This document shows, in pieces, positions 32,528 to 48,742 of a stretch of DNA of 64,000 nt. The notes below the pieces were generated by a model, which was not told where the DNA came from, made no database searches, and saw nothing but the letters and a program-made list of their open reading frames with translations. Positions within the stretch are counted from its first letter, which is position 1. Each line of letters begins with the position of its first letter. The position numbers and the translations under genes are program-made. The stretch comes from an uncultured Alphaproteobacteria bacterium (GTDB lineage Bacteria > Pseudomonadota > Alphaproteobacteria > Rhizobiales > Methyloligellaceae), in NCBI GenBank assembly GCA_963764005.1, contig CAVXQX010000018.1:15775-79774 (forward strand). Direction: 5' to 3'.

Positions 32528-33702
32528 GACTGACCCGCGCCGATCGCAGCCTGATTTCGGATTGGTGGTTCACCGTCGACCGCCCCATGCTGTTTGCGCT
32601 GATCCTCTTGATGGGGGCGGGGCTGGTGCTGTCGCTCGCGGCAAGTCCGCCGATCGCCGCCAAGTTCAATCTCGATCCCTTCCATTTCGTGCAACGCCAG
32701 GCCTTGTTGCTGATCCCGTCGATCTTCATCATGTTGTGGGGCTCGTTGCTGACGCCGAAGCAAATCAGGCGCGCCAGCCTGATCATCTTCCTCGTCGGCA
32801 TCGCTTTGATGATCGCGACCATGATGGTCGGCCCCGAGATCAAGGGCGCCAGGCGCTGGATCCAGTTCGGCATTGTCTCGCTCCAGCCGTCGGAATTCGT
32901 CAAGCCGGCCTTCGTCGTGCTCACCGCATGGCTGTTCAACGAAAGCCAGAAGCGGACCGATGTGCCCGGCCTCGAATTGTCGCTGCTGGCCTACGCGAGT
33001 TTCGTGCTGCTGCTCGTGCTCGAGCCGGATTTCGGTCAGACGCTCCTCGTCACCCTGGTCTGGGGCACGATGTTTTTCATGGCCGGGATGAACCTGGTCT
33101 GGATCGGGACACTCGCGGTTGCCGCTGTCGTCGGTCTGACCAGCACCTATCTGCTCGTGCCGCACGTCGCCTCGCGCATCGATCGCTTCCTCAATCCTGC
33201 CTCAGGCGACACCTATCAGGCCGATCGCGCGCTCGAATCCTTCCTGCATGGCGGCTGGTTCGGCAAAGGTCCGGGCGAGGGCACGGTGAAAGACGTGCTC
33301 CCCGACTCTCATACCGATTTCATCTTCGCCGTGACCGCGGAGGAATATGGACTGATCGCCTGCATGATCCTGCTCGCTCTGTTCGCCTTCATCGTGTTGC
33401 GCGGCCTCTCCAAGGCATCGCAACAGCCGGACGGTTATATCCGCCTCGCCACCGCCGGCCTCGTCATGCTGTTCGGCTTCCAGGCCATCATCAATATGGC
33501 GGTGAATGTCGGGCTGTTGCCAGCCAAGGGCATGACGCTGCCTTTCATCTCCTATGGCGGCTCCTCGCTCCTCGCCATGGCGCTCACCATGGGCTTCGCG
33601 CTCGGCCTCACGCGAAAGCGCCCGAAGACCGACCGGCTCGTCATCTCCGAGAAGGAGGCGCGCCCGCGCCGGCCTGCGCGTGTCAGAGGGCAACCGGCTT
33701 GA
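32524..33702 (+). CDS. ftsW: SEDS peptidoglycan polymerase FtsW
   Basis: IKGARRW, QPSEFVK, LPDSHTDFIFA and PAKGMTLPFISYGGSS motifs. Confidence 0.96.
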   Translation: MRLTRADRSLISDWWFTVDRPMLFALILLMGAGLVLSLAASPPIAAKFNLDPFHFVQRQALLLIPSIFIMLWGSLLTPKQIRRASLIIFLVGIALMIATMMVGPEIKGARRWIQFGIVSLQPSEFVKPAFVVLTAWLFNESQKRTDVPGLELSLLAYASFVLLLVLEPDFGQTLLVTLVWGTMFFMAGMNLVWIGTLAVAAVVGLTSTYLLVPHVASRIDRFLNPASGDTYQADRALESFLHGGWFGKGPGEGTVKDVLPDSHTDFIFAVTAEEYGLIACMILLALFAFIVLRGLSKASQQPDGYIRLATAGLVMLFGFQAIINMAVNVGLLPAKGMTLPFISYGGSSLLAMALTMGFALGLTRKRPKTDRLVISEKEARPRRPARVRGQPA

Positions 33703-34794
33703 GCGAGCGTCCCATCCTTCTCGCCGCCGGCGGCACTGGCGGCCATCTGTTTCCCGCCGCCTCGCTCGCGCAAGAACTCAAACGCCGCAACATTCCGGTC
33801 GAGCTCGTCACCGATATCCGCGCCGAGAATTATGCGGACGAGTTCCCCGCGCGCGCCATTCACCGCGTGCCGTCCGCCACGCTGACGAGCAAGTCGCCCT
33901 TCGCCGTCGCCGCGACCTTCTCTCGCCTCGGCGTCGGCTATTTCGGCGCGCTCAAGCTCTTGCGCCACATCAATCCCCGTGCCGTGATCGGTTTCGGCGG
34001 CTATCCCACGCTGCCGCCGATCATCGCCGCGCGCACGCTGCGCATCCCGACCGCCATTCACGAGCAGAACGCGGTGATGGGCCGCGCCAATCGGCTGCTG
34101 TCGCGTTTCGCCGACAAGGTCTTTGTCTCTTACATGCCGACGCGGTCGCTGCCGACCGTCGCAGGCCACCAAGGCCGTGCTCACGGGAACGCCGGTGCGC
34201 GACGCCGTGCTGTCCTTCCGCGACGTTCCTTACGCGGCCCCCGATGTCTTGGGGCGCCTGCTGATCCTCGTCTTCGGCGGCAGCCAAGGCGCGCGCTTCT
34301 TCTCCGAGATCATGCCGCAGGCGCTGCCGCGACTGCCCGAAGCGATGCGCAACCGGATCACCCTGGTGCAACAATGCCGCGAGGAAGATCTCTACGAGGT
34401 GCGCGCGGCCTATAAGAGGGCCGGCATCGCCGCGCATCTCGCGCCGTTCTTCCGCGATCTGCCCGAACGCATCGCGCAAAGCCATCTCGTCATCGCCCGC
34501 GCCGGCGCCTCGACCGTGGCCGAGTTGATGGCGATCGGCCGCCCCGCGATCCTCGTGCCGCTGCCTCACGCCCTCGACAACGATCAGCTGGAAAATGCCA
34601 CCCGCCTGCAACAGGAAGGCGGCGGCTGGTGCATCCGCCAGGCCGAGCTTTCCCCCGAAAAGCTCGCAAACGAGCTGGAACGTCTATTTAATTCCCCTGA
34701 GTTATTGGTAGATGCCGCGGCCCGTGCCAAAGCGCTTGCGCCGACGGATGCGGTGACTAAGCTCGCCGATCTCGCCGAGGGACTTGCCGGTTAG
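33699..34794 (+). CDS. murG: Lipid I GlcNAc transferase (1 indel)
   Basis: AAGGTGGHLFP, HEQNAVMGRAN, GGSQGA and RAGASTVAE motifs. Confidence 0.94.
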
Positions 34795-34819
34795 AGCGCT
34801 GTAAGGAGTAAGCGTAGCG

Positions 34820-36247
34820 ATGCAGATGCCGGAGCCGGATAAGGTCGGCCTGTTCCACGTCGTCGGCATTGGCGGCATCGGCATGAGCGCGATCGCCGAG
34901 GTGATGCACACGCGCGGCTTTCACGTGCAAGGCAGCGACCTCAAAGACGGCGCCAATCTCGCCCGGCTTCGCGCCAAGGGCATCTCCTGCCTGATCGGTC
35001 ACGACCCATCGAATATCGACGGCGCCTCCTATCTCGTCATCTCGAGCGCGGTGAAGCCCGGCAATCCGGAATTCGAGGCGGCGCGAGAGCGCGGCATTCC
35101 CATCATCCGCCGCGCCGAGATGCTGGCCGAGCTGATGCGACCTTGCTCCACCGTCTCCATCACCGGCACCCACGGCAAGACCACCACCACCTCGCTGATC
35201 GCCGACGTGTTCAAGGCGGCGCAACTCGATCCGACCGTCATCACCGGCGGCATCATCAATTCCTGGGGCAGCAATGCCCGCATCGGCAAAGGCAAGTGGA
35301 TGGTGGTCGAGGCCGACGAATCCGACGGCACCTTCTTGAAGCTGCCGACCCAGATCGGCGTCATCACCAATATCGATCCCGAGCACATGGACTATTGGCC
35401 GTCGGTCGAGGCGCTGCATCTCGCCTTCAGCCAGTTCATCGAGGCGATTCCGTTCTACGGGCTCGCCGTCGCCTGCATCGATCATCCCGTGGTGCGCGAG
35501 CTGCTCGCCAAGCTCGGCGGCGCCGCCAATGGCCGCCGCACGCTGACCTATGGCGTCGCGCGTGACGCCGATATCAGGCTCATCAATCTGCGTCCCGACC
35601 ATAACAGCATCATGTTCGATGCCGATCTCGGTCCCGGCGTGAAGGGCGGCGCGCGGAAACTCGAAAATCTCATGGTTCCCGTGCTTGGCCATTACAACGC
35701 GCTGAACGCGCTCGGCGCGCTCGCGGCCTCGATCGAAGCCGGCGTGAGCGATGAGGTCATCCGCTCCGCCTTTGCGTCGTTCTCCGGGGTAAAACGGAGA
35801 TTCAGCCGCGCCGGAGATTGGCAAGGCGTCGCCGTCTACGACGATTACGCCCATCATCCGGTCGAGATCGCCGCCGTGCTTCGCGCTGCGCGCATGGCAG
35901 GCAAGGGCCGCATCCTCGCCGTGCTGCAGCCGCACCGCTACACGCGGCTGCAATCGCTGTTCAACGAATTCTCCGCCTGCCTCGACGACGCCGACATCGT
36001 TGTGGTGACGCCGGTCTATTCCGCTGGCGAAGCGCCGATCCCCGGCATCGACCGCGACGAGCTTGCCGCGAGTCTGCGCCGTCATGGTCATCCGCAAGTG
36101 ATGACGGTCGATGACGAGCAGGCTCTCGTCGAGACCATCGCTTCAATTGCCAAGTCCGGCGATCTTGTCGTCGGTCTCGGCGCCGGCACCATCACCGATT
36201 GGATCAACGCGCTTCCTTCGCGGCTCGCCAGTCAAGGACGCAGCTGA
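34820..36247 (+). CDS. murC: UDP-MurNAc:L-Ala ligase
   Basis: GIGGIGMS, GTHGKTTTT, EADESDG and DDYAHHP motifs. Confidence 0.97.
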   Translation: MQMPEPDKVGLFHVVGIGGIGMSAIAEVMHTRGFHVQGSDLKDGANLARLRAKGISCLIGHDPSNIDGASYLVISSAVKPGNPEFEAARERGIPIIRRAEMLAELMRPCSTVSITGTHGKTTTTSLIADVFKAAQLDPTVITGGIINSWGSNARIGKGKWMVVEADESDGTFLKLPTQIGVITNIDPEHMDYWPSVEALHLAFSQFIEAIPFYGLAVACIDHPVVRELLAKLGGAANGRRTLTYGVARDADIRLINLRPDHNSIMFDADLGPGVKGGARKLENLMVPVLGHYNALNALGALAASIEAGVSDEVIRSAFASFSGVKRRFSRAGDWQGVAVYDDYAHHPVEIAAVLRAARMAGKGRILAVLQPHRYTRLQSLFNEFSACLDDADIVVVTPVYSAGEAPIPGIDRDELAASLRRHGHPQVMTVDDEQALVETIASIAKSGDLVVGLGAGTITDWINALPSRLASQGRS

Positions 36248-37183
36248 TGTCGCGCGATCTCTTGAACGAGCTCGCGGCAGCGCTCCCCGATCTTCGCGGC
36301 AAACTTAAAGCGGGCGCGATGCTCGCCGACCTCACCTGGTTTCGCGTCGGCGGCCCTGCGGAAATTCTCTACAGCCCCGCCGACGAAGCCGATCTCGCTT
36401 ATTTCTTGAAGAACGTACCGGAAGACGTGCCCGTGACAATGATCGGCCTCGGCTCCAATTTGCTGGTGCGCGACGGCGGCATCGAGGGCGTCGTCATCCG
36501 CCTCGGCAAGGGCTTCGGCGAGATTACGGTCGAGGAGGGGCATCGCTTGCGTGCGGGTGCCGCCGTGCCCGACGTCAAGGTCGCGCGCGCCGCGGCCGAT
36601 GCCGGCATCTCGGGTCTTTCGTTTTATCGCGGCATCCCCGGCGGCGTCGGCGGCGCGCTCCGCATGAATGGTGGCGCTCACGGCAAAGAGACCAAGGACG
36701 TCGTGATCGAGATTCGCGCCGTCGATCGCCAAGGCAACATCCATGTGCTCCCGGTGGACGAGCTGCATTACACCTATCGCCATTGCGGTGCGCCCGAGGA
36801 TCTCATCTTCACCGAGGCGTTGTTTCAAGGCGAGCCCGGCGAGCCTGCGAAGATCATGGCGGAGATGGACGACATCGCCGCCTATCGCGAGAGCGCGCAG
36901 CCGATCAAGTCGCGGACCGGCGGATCGACCTTCAAGAATCCTCCCGGCAAGAAAGCCTGGCAGTTGATCGACGCCGCGGGCTGCCGCGGTTTGCGCATCG
37001 GTGATGCACATGTGTCCGAAATGCACTGCAATTTCCTGATCAATGACGGCCATGCGAGCGGTGCTGAGATCGAACAACTCGGCGAGACGGTCCGCGCGCA
37101 GGGTCAAGGAGACCAGCGGCGTCGACCTCGAATGGGAGATCAAGCGCCTCGGCGTGCCCGCGCCCGCGAAAGCCAATTCCTAA
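36247..37183 (+). CDS. murB: UDP-N-acetylenolpyruvoylglucosamine reductase (indel near the 3' end)
   Basis: TWFRVGGPA, GLGSNLL, GSTFKNP and HCNFLIN motifs; C-terminal LEWEIKRLG in the shifted frame. Confidence 0.95.
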
Positions 37184-37246
37184 ACGCCCCCGATTCAGCT
37201 AAGTCACTGATTCGAGGGATGATCTCATCCACAGGGGGCGGTTGAA

Positions 37247-38179
37247 ATGCCAAAACCGACGCATATCGCCATGCTTATGGGGGGCTGGTCTTCCGAGCGC
37301 GAGGTCTCGCTCCGGTCCGGCGAGGCCTGCGCCACGGCGCTCGAATCTCAGGGCTACCGGGTGACTCGCATCGATGTCGGCCGCGATGTCGGGCAGAAAC
37401 TGGCCGAGCTGAAGCCTGATCTCTGCTTCAACGCGCTGCACGGCCGCTTCGGCGAGGATGGCTGCATCCAAGGCCTGCTCGAGACCATGGGCCTCCCCTA
37501 TACCCATTCCGGCGTGCTCGCTTCGGCCCTTGCCATGCATAAAGAGCGCGCCAAGGCCGTGCTCCGCGCGGCCAAGGTTCCGGTGGCCGAAAGCCTGGTG
37601 ATCAGCCGCCAGCAAGCGGCCCGCGGCCACGCCATGAAGCCCCCTTATGTGATCAAGCCGCCGGCCGAGGGCTCCTCCGTCGGCGTCTATATCGTCCGCG
37701 AGGATCAGGCCCACCCGCCGCAAGAGCTTTCCTCGGCCGATTGGGACCTCGGCGAGGAGGTCATGGTCGAGCGTTACATCCCTGGCCGGGAGCTCACTTG
37801 CGCGGTCATGGGCGAGGAGGCTTTGGGGGTGATCGAAATCCGCCCCGCCCAAGGGCTAACCTTCTACGATTACGACGCAAAATACGCCCCTGGCGGCTCC
37901 GAGCACATCCTTCCGGCGCCGCTTAAACCAAATGTTTACCAATTGGTACAGAAGCTGTCCCTAGCGGCTCATAGGGCACTGGGCTGTCGTGGGGTCAGTC
38001 GAACCGATTTCCGTTACGACGACCGCGAAAACGAGGGAATTGGGCTGGTTTGCTTGGAAATCAACACCCAGCCCGGCATGACGTCCACGTCTCTGGTGCC
38101 AGAGCTCGCGAATCACAGCGGCCGCTCCTTTGCTGAGCTGGTGCGCTGGATCGTGGAGGACGCTTCGTGCGAACGGTGA
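37247..38179 (+). CDS. ddl: D-alanine--D-alanine ligase
   Basis: [26 protein letters not shown] and EINTQPGMT motifs. Confidence 0.97.
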   Translation: MPKPTHIAMLMGGWSSEREVSLRSGEACATALESQGYRVTRIDVGRDVGQKLAELKPDLCFNALHGRFGEDGCIQGLLETMGLPYTHSGVLASALAMHKERAKAVLRAAKVPVAESLVISRQQAARGHAMKPPYVIKPPAEGSSVGVYIVREDQAHPPQELSSADWDLGEEVMVERYIPGRELTCAVMGEEALGVIEIRPAQGLTFYDYDAKYAPGGSEHILPAPLKPNVYQLVQKLSLAAHRALGCRGVSRTDFRYDDRENEGIGLVCLEINTQPGMTSTSLVPELANHSGRSFAELVRWIVEDASCER

Positions 38180-39165
38180 GGCCATTGCGGGGTGAGAACT
38201 GGGACGGAGCGTCCGATCGCCTGCTTGCGCGCGCCATTGTCCCGTCGCGGCGGGGCCACCCGGTCGTGCTGGCCTCGCTGAAAGGCCGCCGCCAACCGAA
38301 CCCCAAAACTTCGCTGATCCCGTCCCGCAAGGCCATTTGGCCCGGGCTGACCCTACTTTTCGTGCTGGCCGGCACTGGCTACGGCCTCTTGGTCGGAGGG
38401 CAAGGCGCCTCGTTCTATGACCAGGCTCGAAATGGCGTTGAAGCGCTCGCGGTTGCCGCGGGCTTCGGCGTCAAGCAGATCGTCGTCCAGGGCCAGACCC
38501 ACACCAGCGACGCCGAGATCAAGGTCGCACTCGATGCCGGCCCCTCCACCATGATGCTTGATTTCGACACCGAAGCCGCCAAGGCGCGTCTCGAAGCTGT
38601 GCCGTGGATTCGCCACGCCCAAGTGATGCGGCTGCTTCCCTCCACGCTGCAAGTCGTGATCGAGGAACGCGCGCCGTTTGCCGTCTGGCAGTCCGGCGGC
38701 AAGACCTATGTCGTCGATGAGGCCGGCACCGTGCTGTCTCCGGCGGTGCGCGAAGCCTATGCCGAATTGCCGCTCGTCGTCGGCGAGGGTGCCGCGAAGA
38801 ATGCGCCCGAACTTTACGACACGCTGAAATCCTACGACGAGCTGAAGCAACAGCTGATCGCCAGTGTCAGGGTCGGCGACCGCCGCTGGACGCTGAAGCT
38901 GAAATCCGGCGTCGAGGTCCTGCTTCCCGACGACAATGTCGCCGACGCGCTCAAGACCTACACCAATGTCGAACGCAATCGCGGCCTGGTCGGCGACAAT
39001 ATCGCCGCTGTCGATCTGCGCCTCGCCGACCGCGTCACCTTCAGGCTGCGCGACGTGCACGCCCCGCGCGCGATCGCGGTGCAGCCCGCGCCTCAGCCGG
39101 ACGAGATTCCAACCGCCGCGACCAAGGGCATGCCGCCGAAAAGCGTGTCCAAGGGCAGCACCTAG
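38167..39165 (+). CDS. ftsQ: Cell division protein FtsQ
   Basis: TM segment, POTRA domain ([22 protein letters not shown]), LPLVVG and VDLR motifs. Confidence 0.92.
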   Translation: MRTVRPLRGENWDGASDRLLARAIVPSRRGHPVVLASLKGRRQPNPKTSLIPSRKAIWPGLTLLFVLAGTGYGLLVGGQGASFYDQARNGVEALAVAAGFGVKQIVVQGQTHTSDAEIKVALDAGPSTMMLDFDTEAAKARLEAVPWIRHAQVMRLLPSTLQVVIEERAPFAVWQSGGKTYVVDEAGTVLSPAVREAYAELPLVVGEGAAKNAPELYDTLKSYDELKQQLIASVRVGDRRWTLKLKSGVEVLLPDDNVADALKTYTNVERNRGLVGDNIAAVDLRLADRVTFRLRDVHAPRAIAVQPAPQPDEIPTAATKGMPPKSVSKGST

Positions 39166-39185
39166 GGACGATGGGGGACCGGGGG

Positions 39186-40478
39186 ATGCGGCACGACATC
39201 GTCAATCGCAAGCGTCAGCGCTTCCTGACCGCGCTCGATGTGGGCTCGAGCAAGATCTCGTGCCTGATCGTGAAGCCCGCGGCCGCGCCCGACTGGCTCG
39301 AAGGCAAGGGCGATTCAATTCATTTCGAGGTGCTGGGCGTCGGTCATCAACGCGCCGAAGGCGTGAAGAGCGGCATGATCGCCCATCTCGACAGCGCCGA
39401 GCATGCCATTCGCGCCGCCGTCGATGAAGCCGAGCGCATGGCCGGCGTCACCGTCGACGATGTCATCGTGTCGGTGACCTCGGGCCGGCTGAAGAGCGAG
39501 AGCTTCTCCGCCAGCGTCGCCATCGCCAACGGTGCGGTGCGCGACGACGATATCTTGCGCATCCTCGCCGGCGGCCGCCAATATGCCGGCCGCGACAAGC
39601 GCAGTGTCTTGCATGCGCTCCCGATCGGCTATCGTCTCGACGACACTATCGGCATTCGCGACCCGCTCGGCATGTGCGGCGAGCGGCTCGGCATCGACAT
39701 TCACGCGGTGACCGCCGATGAAGTCGCCATCCGCAACATCATGCTTTGCATCGAGCGCTGCCATCTCGGTGTCGCCGGCCTGGTCGCGGCACCTTATGCC
39801 AGCGCGCTCGCGGTGTTGAGCTCCGACGAGGCCAAGCTCGGCGCGGCCTGCATCGATTTCGGCGCCGGCACCACCACGCTTTCGGTGTTCGCCGACGGCC
39901 ATTGCATCCACACCGACGCCATCGCGCTCGGCGGCAATTTCATCACCACCGACATCGCTCACGCTCTCGCCGCGCCGCTCCTGCATGCCGAGCGCCTGAA
40001 GACGCTGCATGGCAGCGCGTTTGCCACGCCGTCGGACGAGCGCGAGATCATCACCTATCCATCCGTTGGCGATGCTTCGCAGCGCACCTTGAACCACATC
40101 GCCAAGGCGCAGCTCACCGCGATCATCCGGCCGCGCATCGAGCACATTCTCGATCTGATGCGCCGGAGACTCGCCTCAAGTGGACATGCCGCGGAAATGG
40201 CGCGCGCGCTGGTTCTCACCGGCGGCGCGAGCCAGCTCACCGGCCTCACCGATCTTGCCTCGAACATGTTTGGCCGCCCCACCAGGCTCGGCCGTCCACG
40301 CCAGATCAACGGCATGCCCGAAGGCGTATCCGCGCCGGGATTTGCCTCCGCGATGGGCGTGCTCATGCAATGGGCGTCGGGCGACGACAGGATCGGTTCC
40401 CGCGTCGAACAGCGAATTCTTGGCACCGGCACGGGCTACATCGCCCGCGTCGGCGACTGGTTACGAACGAATTTCTGA
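39186..40478 (+). CDS. ftsA: Cell division protein FtsA
   Basis: [15 protein letters not shown] and VLTGGAS motifs; C-terminal amphipathic WLRTNF. Confidence 0.96.
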   Translation: MRHDIVNRKRQRFLTALDVGSSKISCLIVKPAAAPDWLEGKGDSIHFEVLGVGHQRAEGVKSGMIAHLDSAEHAIRAAVDEAERMAGVTVDDVIVSVTSGRLKSESFSASVAIANGAVRDDDILRILAGGRQYAGRDKRSVLHALPIGYRLDDTIGIRDPLGMCGERLGIDIHAVTADEVAIRNIMLCIERCHLGVAGLVAAPYASALAVLSSDEAKLGAACIDFGAGTTTLSVFADGHCIHTDAIALGGNFITTDIAHALAAPLLHAERLKTLHGSAFATPSDEREIITYPSVGDASQRTLNHIAKAQLTAIIRPRIEHILDLMRRRLASSGHAAEMARALVLTGGASQLTGLTDLASNMFGRPTRLGRPRQINGMPEGVSAPGFASAMGVLMQWASGDDRIGSRVEQRILGTGTGYIARVGDWLRTNF

Positions 40479-40555
40479 GTAGCGGCTTCTCGCAAGCGTC
40501 TCGAGTACGGGGGCTAAAGAAAATGAACCAAAGCAAAGATCGGAAGGCTGCCGCC

Positions 40556-42250
40556 ATGACCATCAATCTCAAAGTTCCAGATCTCACGGAGCTGAAGCCA
40601 CGCATCACCGTGTTCGGTGTCGGAGGCGCTGGCGGCAACGCCGTCAACAACATGATCGCCGCTGGACTTCGCGGCGTCGAATTCGTGGTGGCGAACACCG
40701 ACGCGCAAGCTTTGTTGAGCTCGAGCGCCGAGCGCCGCATCCAGATGGGCACGCATGTGACCGAAGGCCTCGGCGCCGGATCAAGGCCCGAGATCGGCGG
40801 CGCCGCTGCCGAAGAGGCCATGGCCGACATCAAGGCGCATCTTGCCGGCTCGCATATGGTGTTCATCACCGCCGGCATGGGCGGCGGCACCGGCACCGGT
40901 GCTGCACCCGTCATCGCGCGCGCTTCGCGCGAGGAGGGCATCCTCACCGTCGGCGTCGTCACCAAGCCGTTCCAGTTCGAAGGTCAGCGCCGCTTGCGTT
41001 CGGCCGAGGTTGGCATCGCCGAGCTGCAGAAATACGTGGATACGCTGCTCGTGATCCCGAACCAGAATCTGTTCCGGGTCGCCAATGAGAAGACCACCTT
41101 CGCCGACGCGTTCGCCATGGCCGACGACGTGCTCCGCGCCGGCGTCGCCTGCATCACCGATCTGATGGTGAAGGAAGGCCTGATCAATCTCGACTTCGCC
41201 GACGTCCGCACCATCATGGCCGGCATGGGCAAGGCGATGATGGGAACCGGCGAAGCGAGCGGCGACCGCCGCGCCATCGAGGCCGCCGAGGCCGCCATCT
41301 CCAATCCGTTGCTCGACGATGTGTCGATGAAGGGCGCGAGCGGTTTGCTCGTCTCCATCACCGGCGGCAACGACCTGACGCTCTACGAAGTGGACGAGGC
41401 CGCAAGCCGCATCCGCGCCGAAGCCGATCCCGAAGCCAATATCATCGTCGGCGCCACCTTCGACGACGAGCTCGACGGCTCGATCCGCGTTTCGGTCGTG
41501 GCCACCGGTCTCGGCATTCTCGGCGGCGAGCAGGTGAGGCCGACCGCCCATGACAAGACCTCGCTGAGCCAGCGGCTGGCGGGCTTGGCGCCGGTGCCGA
41601 TGGCGCCGCAAGAGCACGACTATATCGAGCTCCGACAACCTGCTCCCGCACAAGGAAGATGCGAGCGAGGCCCCTGTCTGGCGTGCGCCCGGCAATGTGA
41701 CCATCGAGCGGCGCCCTCCGGTGCAGAATACCGGCATCGCTCTCCCGCATAGCGTGGCGACGCAGCGCGCAGTGCCGCAAACGCCGAATTTCGTTCCTGC
41801 CGCGCCTGCCAGTGCGCGCCGCGTGGTGCGGCGCATGCCGAATATCGATGAACTGCCGATCATGGCCCAGAACGAGATCAGGGCTCAGTCTGGTGCAGCA
41901 CCGGCTCACGGGCTGCACGAGGAGAAAAAGCGGATCGGCTTTTTCGAGCGCCTGACCGGCAGCCGCCGCACCGAGGAGACAGCGCCCGCGCCCAAGCGCG
42001 AGCCGGAATTCGGTCAATCCTCGCTGGCGCCGGCTCCGAAGCCGCAAGTCGCGGCCGCCCCGCAAGTCTGGCCGCGCCCAAGGCCCTCAAGATCGAACGG
42101 CCGCGGAGCGAAGCGGGTATTGCCTCCGCCCCGAAGCGGCTTGAGACGCCGACAAGGGTGGTCGCCAACGATACCCGGTCCATGATGGACGAATCACTTG
42201 ATTCGGATGATTTGGAGATTCCAGCCTTTTTGCGCAGGCGGGCGAACTAG
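40556..42250 (+). CDS. ftsZ: Cell division protein FtsZ with long linker (indels in the linker)
   Basis: [20 protein letters not shown] and NLDFADV motifs; C-terminal [14 protein letters not shown] ending at TAG 42250. Confidence 0.97.
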
Positions 42251-42527
42251 CGGAAGGAACAAGGCGCAACGATTGGCCACGCGGAGGCCGAAGAGTGACG
42301 GAAAAGTGACGTTAATCAAGGCCTTACTTGGTTACTGAACCGGTAATACATTGAAAGAAACCGTGATTTGTCGGTGCTAAGGGCCAGCGTTAAGGTTCTC
42401 CATAGATTGATCGACTTGCCCAAAAAGACACAAAGAGGTCAAAGGCAAGAAGATCAAGGGGGGCTCGGGGATCATAACCCGAGTCAGGGGAACTCAGAAG
42501 ACGATGGCTTGGGGGCCAATGGGGGCC

Positions 42528-43481
42528 ATGAAGGGATTTATCGGGGCACGCCAGACCACGCTTGCGAGCGAAATTGCTCTTACGGGCATTGGAGTTCATA
42601 GCGGGGCACCTGTTGCCATTATCCTTTACCCGGCGGACGGCGATACCGGCCTTCGCTTCCTCCTCTCCAACGGTGACAACGAAGGCATTGAGATCGCAGC
42701 CGACCGGCGCTGGGTCACGGGCGTTACGCTCTGTACCGTGATCGGCGACGGCAATGGCGCCTCGATCGCTACCGTCGAACATCTCCTCGCCGCGCTCCGC
42801 GGCCTTGGCGTCGATAATGCTCTGATCGAGATCGACAGCCCCGAAGTTCCGATCATGGATGGCAGCTCCGCCCGCTTCGTCGAAGCCATCGACGAAATTG
42901 GGCTTGTCGAGCTTGAAGCGCCCCGCCGCTTCCTCAAGGTTCTGAAGCCGATTGTCGTGGAAGAGAACGGCGCCTATGGCGAGCTCACCCCCTACAATGG
43001 CTTCCATCTGGATGTGGAAATCGAGTTCGATACCCCGCTGATCGGCAAACAGCGCATCGAGCTTGACCTCAATCCTGGTTCTTTCCGCCGCGAGTTGTCG
43101 CGGGCCCGCACCTTCGGCTTCATGAAGGATGTGGAGCGGCTCTGGGCCGCCGGCCTCGCGCTCGGCGCCTCGCTCGAGAACACCGTCGCCATCGGCGACG
43201 ACCGCGTCATCAACCGCGAAGGTCTTCGTTATTCCGACGAGTTCGTGCGCCACAAAGCGCTCGATGCGGTCGGCGATCTCGCTCTGGCCGGTGCGCCCAT
43301 CCTTGGTGCGTTCCGCTCGGTCCGTGGCGGTCACAGGCTGAACAGCCTCGTGCTCAAGGCCATGTTCGCCGATCCTGAGGCTTGGACCCTGGTCGAGGCT
43401 CCGCGGGCTGGCCGCGAAGTTCGCCATGCCGAGCTCAGCCACCGGCTGGCGGCCGTCAACTTCGCCGCCGAGCGGAGCTAG
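42528..43481 (+). CDS. lpxC: UDP-3-O-acyl-GlcNAc deacetylase
   Basis: GIGVHSG, TVEHLLAAL, ARTFGF and HKALDAVGDL motifs. Confidence 0.96.
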   Translation: MKGFIGARQTTLASEIALTGIGVHSGAPVAIILYPADGDTGLRFLLSNGDNEGIEIAADRRWVTGVTLCTVIGDGNGASIATVEHLLAALRGLGVDNALIEIDSPEVPIMDGSSARFVEAIDEIGLVELEAPRRFLKVLKPIVVEENGAYGELTPYNGFHLDVEIEFDTPLIGKQRIELDLNPGSFRRELSRARTFGFMKDVERLWAAGLALGASLENTVAIGDDRVINREGLRYSDEFVRHKALDAVGDLALAGAPILGAFRSVRGGHRLNSLVLKAMFADPEAWTLVEAPRAGREVRHAELSHRLAAVNFAAERS

Positions 43482-43682
43482 ACACTTCATAAGCTCATCT
43501 GCGATTGCGCCGCTCCGTGCAGACCGCCCGCTTGCGCGCCGGTTTGGGCAGGGCCTGGGCGCTTAACCCAAGCGGAAATGGGCAAAAAAACACCATATTC
43601 CCCGCGTTGGTTGCTGTTACTCTGCCGTCTTGCCTGTAAGCGGGCTCTAGCGGAGCCTTGGGGGAATGTCTTGAGGGGCACG

Positions 43683-44543
43683 ATGTCCGGCCGGAAGCTC
43701 GTAAGCCTTGGTTTTGGCGCAAGGACGCCGATCCGCGCCCTATGCATTGCCTTGGCGTGCGGCCTGGTTTCGGCCTGCGGCTCCTTCACCAAGACCGACG
43801 AGATGGTCTCCACCGATCCGCCGAACGTGATCTACAACCGCGCCGAAACCATGCTCGACAAGCACAAATACGGCGATGCCGCCAAGGAATACGAGAAGGT
43901 CGACATCAACCATCCTTATTCGCAGGAAGCCCGCCGAGCCATCGTTCTGGCGGCTTATGCGCATTACGAGGAAGGCAAATATGACGAGGCCATCTCGGCC
44001 GCCGACCGCTATCTGACGCTGCATCCCGGCACCAAGGAATCGGATCTGGCGCAGAACGTCATTGCCATGTCCTATTACGACCAAGTCCTCGATCCGAAGC
44101 GCGACCAGACCAATGCGCGGAAGTCGCTCCAAGCCTATATGACTCTCGTCCAGCGCTATCCCGATTCGCGCTATGCCGCGGACGCGCAGAATCGGATCCG
44201 CGTCTTGCGCGATCTTCTGGCGGCGAGCGAGATGCAGGTCGGCCGCTATTATCTCCGCCACAACAACTATCTCGCGGCCATCAACCGCTTCAGGACGGTC
44301 GTCACCGACTATCAAACCACCGAGCAGATCGAGGAGGCCTTGTCGCGGCTCACCGAGGCCTATATGGCGTTGGGGATCATCAACGAGGCTCAAACCGCGG
44401 CCGCCGTCCTCGGCCACAACTTTCCGGACAGCAAGTGGTATCAGAACGCCTACGGTCTTTTGCAGAAGAGCGGCATGCAGCCGCAAGAGCACGAAGGCTC
44501 GTGGATTACCCAGACCTACAAAGGCGACGGCAAGCCCGCCTGA
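43683..44543 (+). CDS. bamD: Outer membrane protein assembly lipoprotein BamD
   Basis: LVSAC lipobox, TPR helices, EMQVGRYY and LGHNFPDSKWY motifs. Confidence 0.94.
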   Translation: MSGRKLVSLGFGARTPIRALCIALACGLVSACGSFTKTDEMVSTDPPNVIYNRAETMLDKHKYGDAAKEYEKVDINHPYSQEARRAIVLAAYAHYEEGKYDEAISAADRYLTLHPGTKESDLAQNVIAMSYYDQVLDPKRDQTNARKSLQAYMTLVQRYPDSRYAADAQNRIRVLRDLLAASEMQVGRYYLRHNNYLAAINRFRTVVTDYQTTEQIEEALSRLTEAYMALGIINEAQTAAAVLGHNFPDSKWYQNAYGLLQKSGMQPQEHEGSWITQTYKGDGKPA

Positions 44544-44544
44544 A

Positions 44545-44644
44545 GCATGACCCGAAAAGTTGCAGACTTTTCGGACAAGATTATGCGTCCAAGATAGGGA
44601 GCTAGAGCGAAATCGTGATTCAATCCAACCGGATTTCGCTCTAG
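44545..44644. repeat. Rhizobiales RIME/BRU-RS-like two-hairpin intergenic element
   Basis: CCGAAAAGT-tgcag-ACTTTTCGG hairpin plus a CTAGAGCGAAATC...GATTTCGCTCTAG 13-bp inverted repeat. Confidence 0.65.
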
Positions 44645-44654
44645 CGTAAGCGCC

Positions 44655-48727
<4,073 letters not shown>

Positions 48728-48742
48728 CTTGTCTCTTTCTCG

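Noticed and set aside
39746-40555. Apparent 270-aa N-terminal extension of FtsZ
   Set aside because: It is an alternative frame over ftsA; FtsZ begins at MTINLKVP (40556).
42312-42328. CtrA box upstream of lpxC
   Set aside because: TTAA is followed by CTTAC, so the spacing and second half site do not fit TTAA-N7-TTAA.
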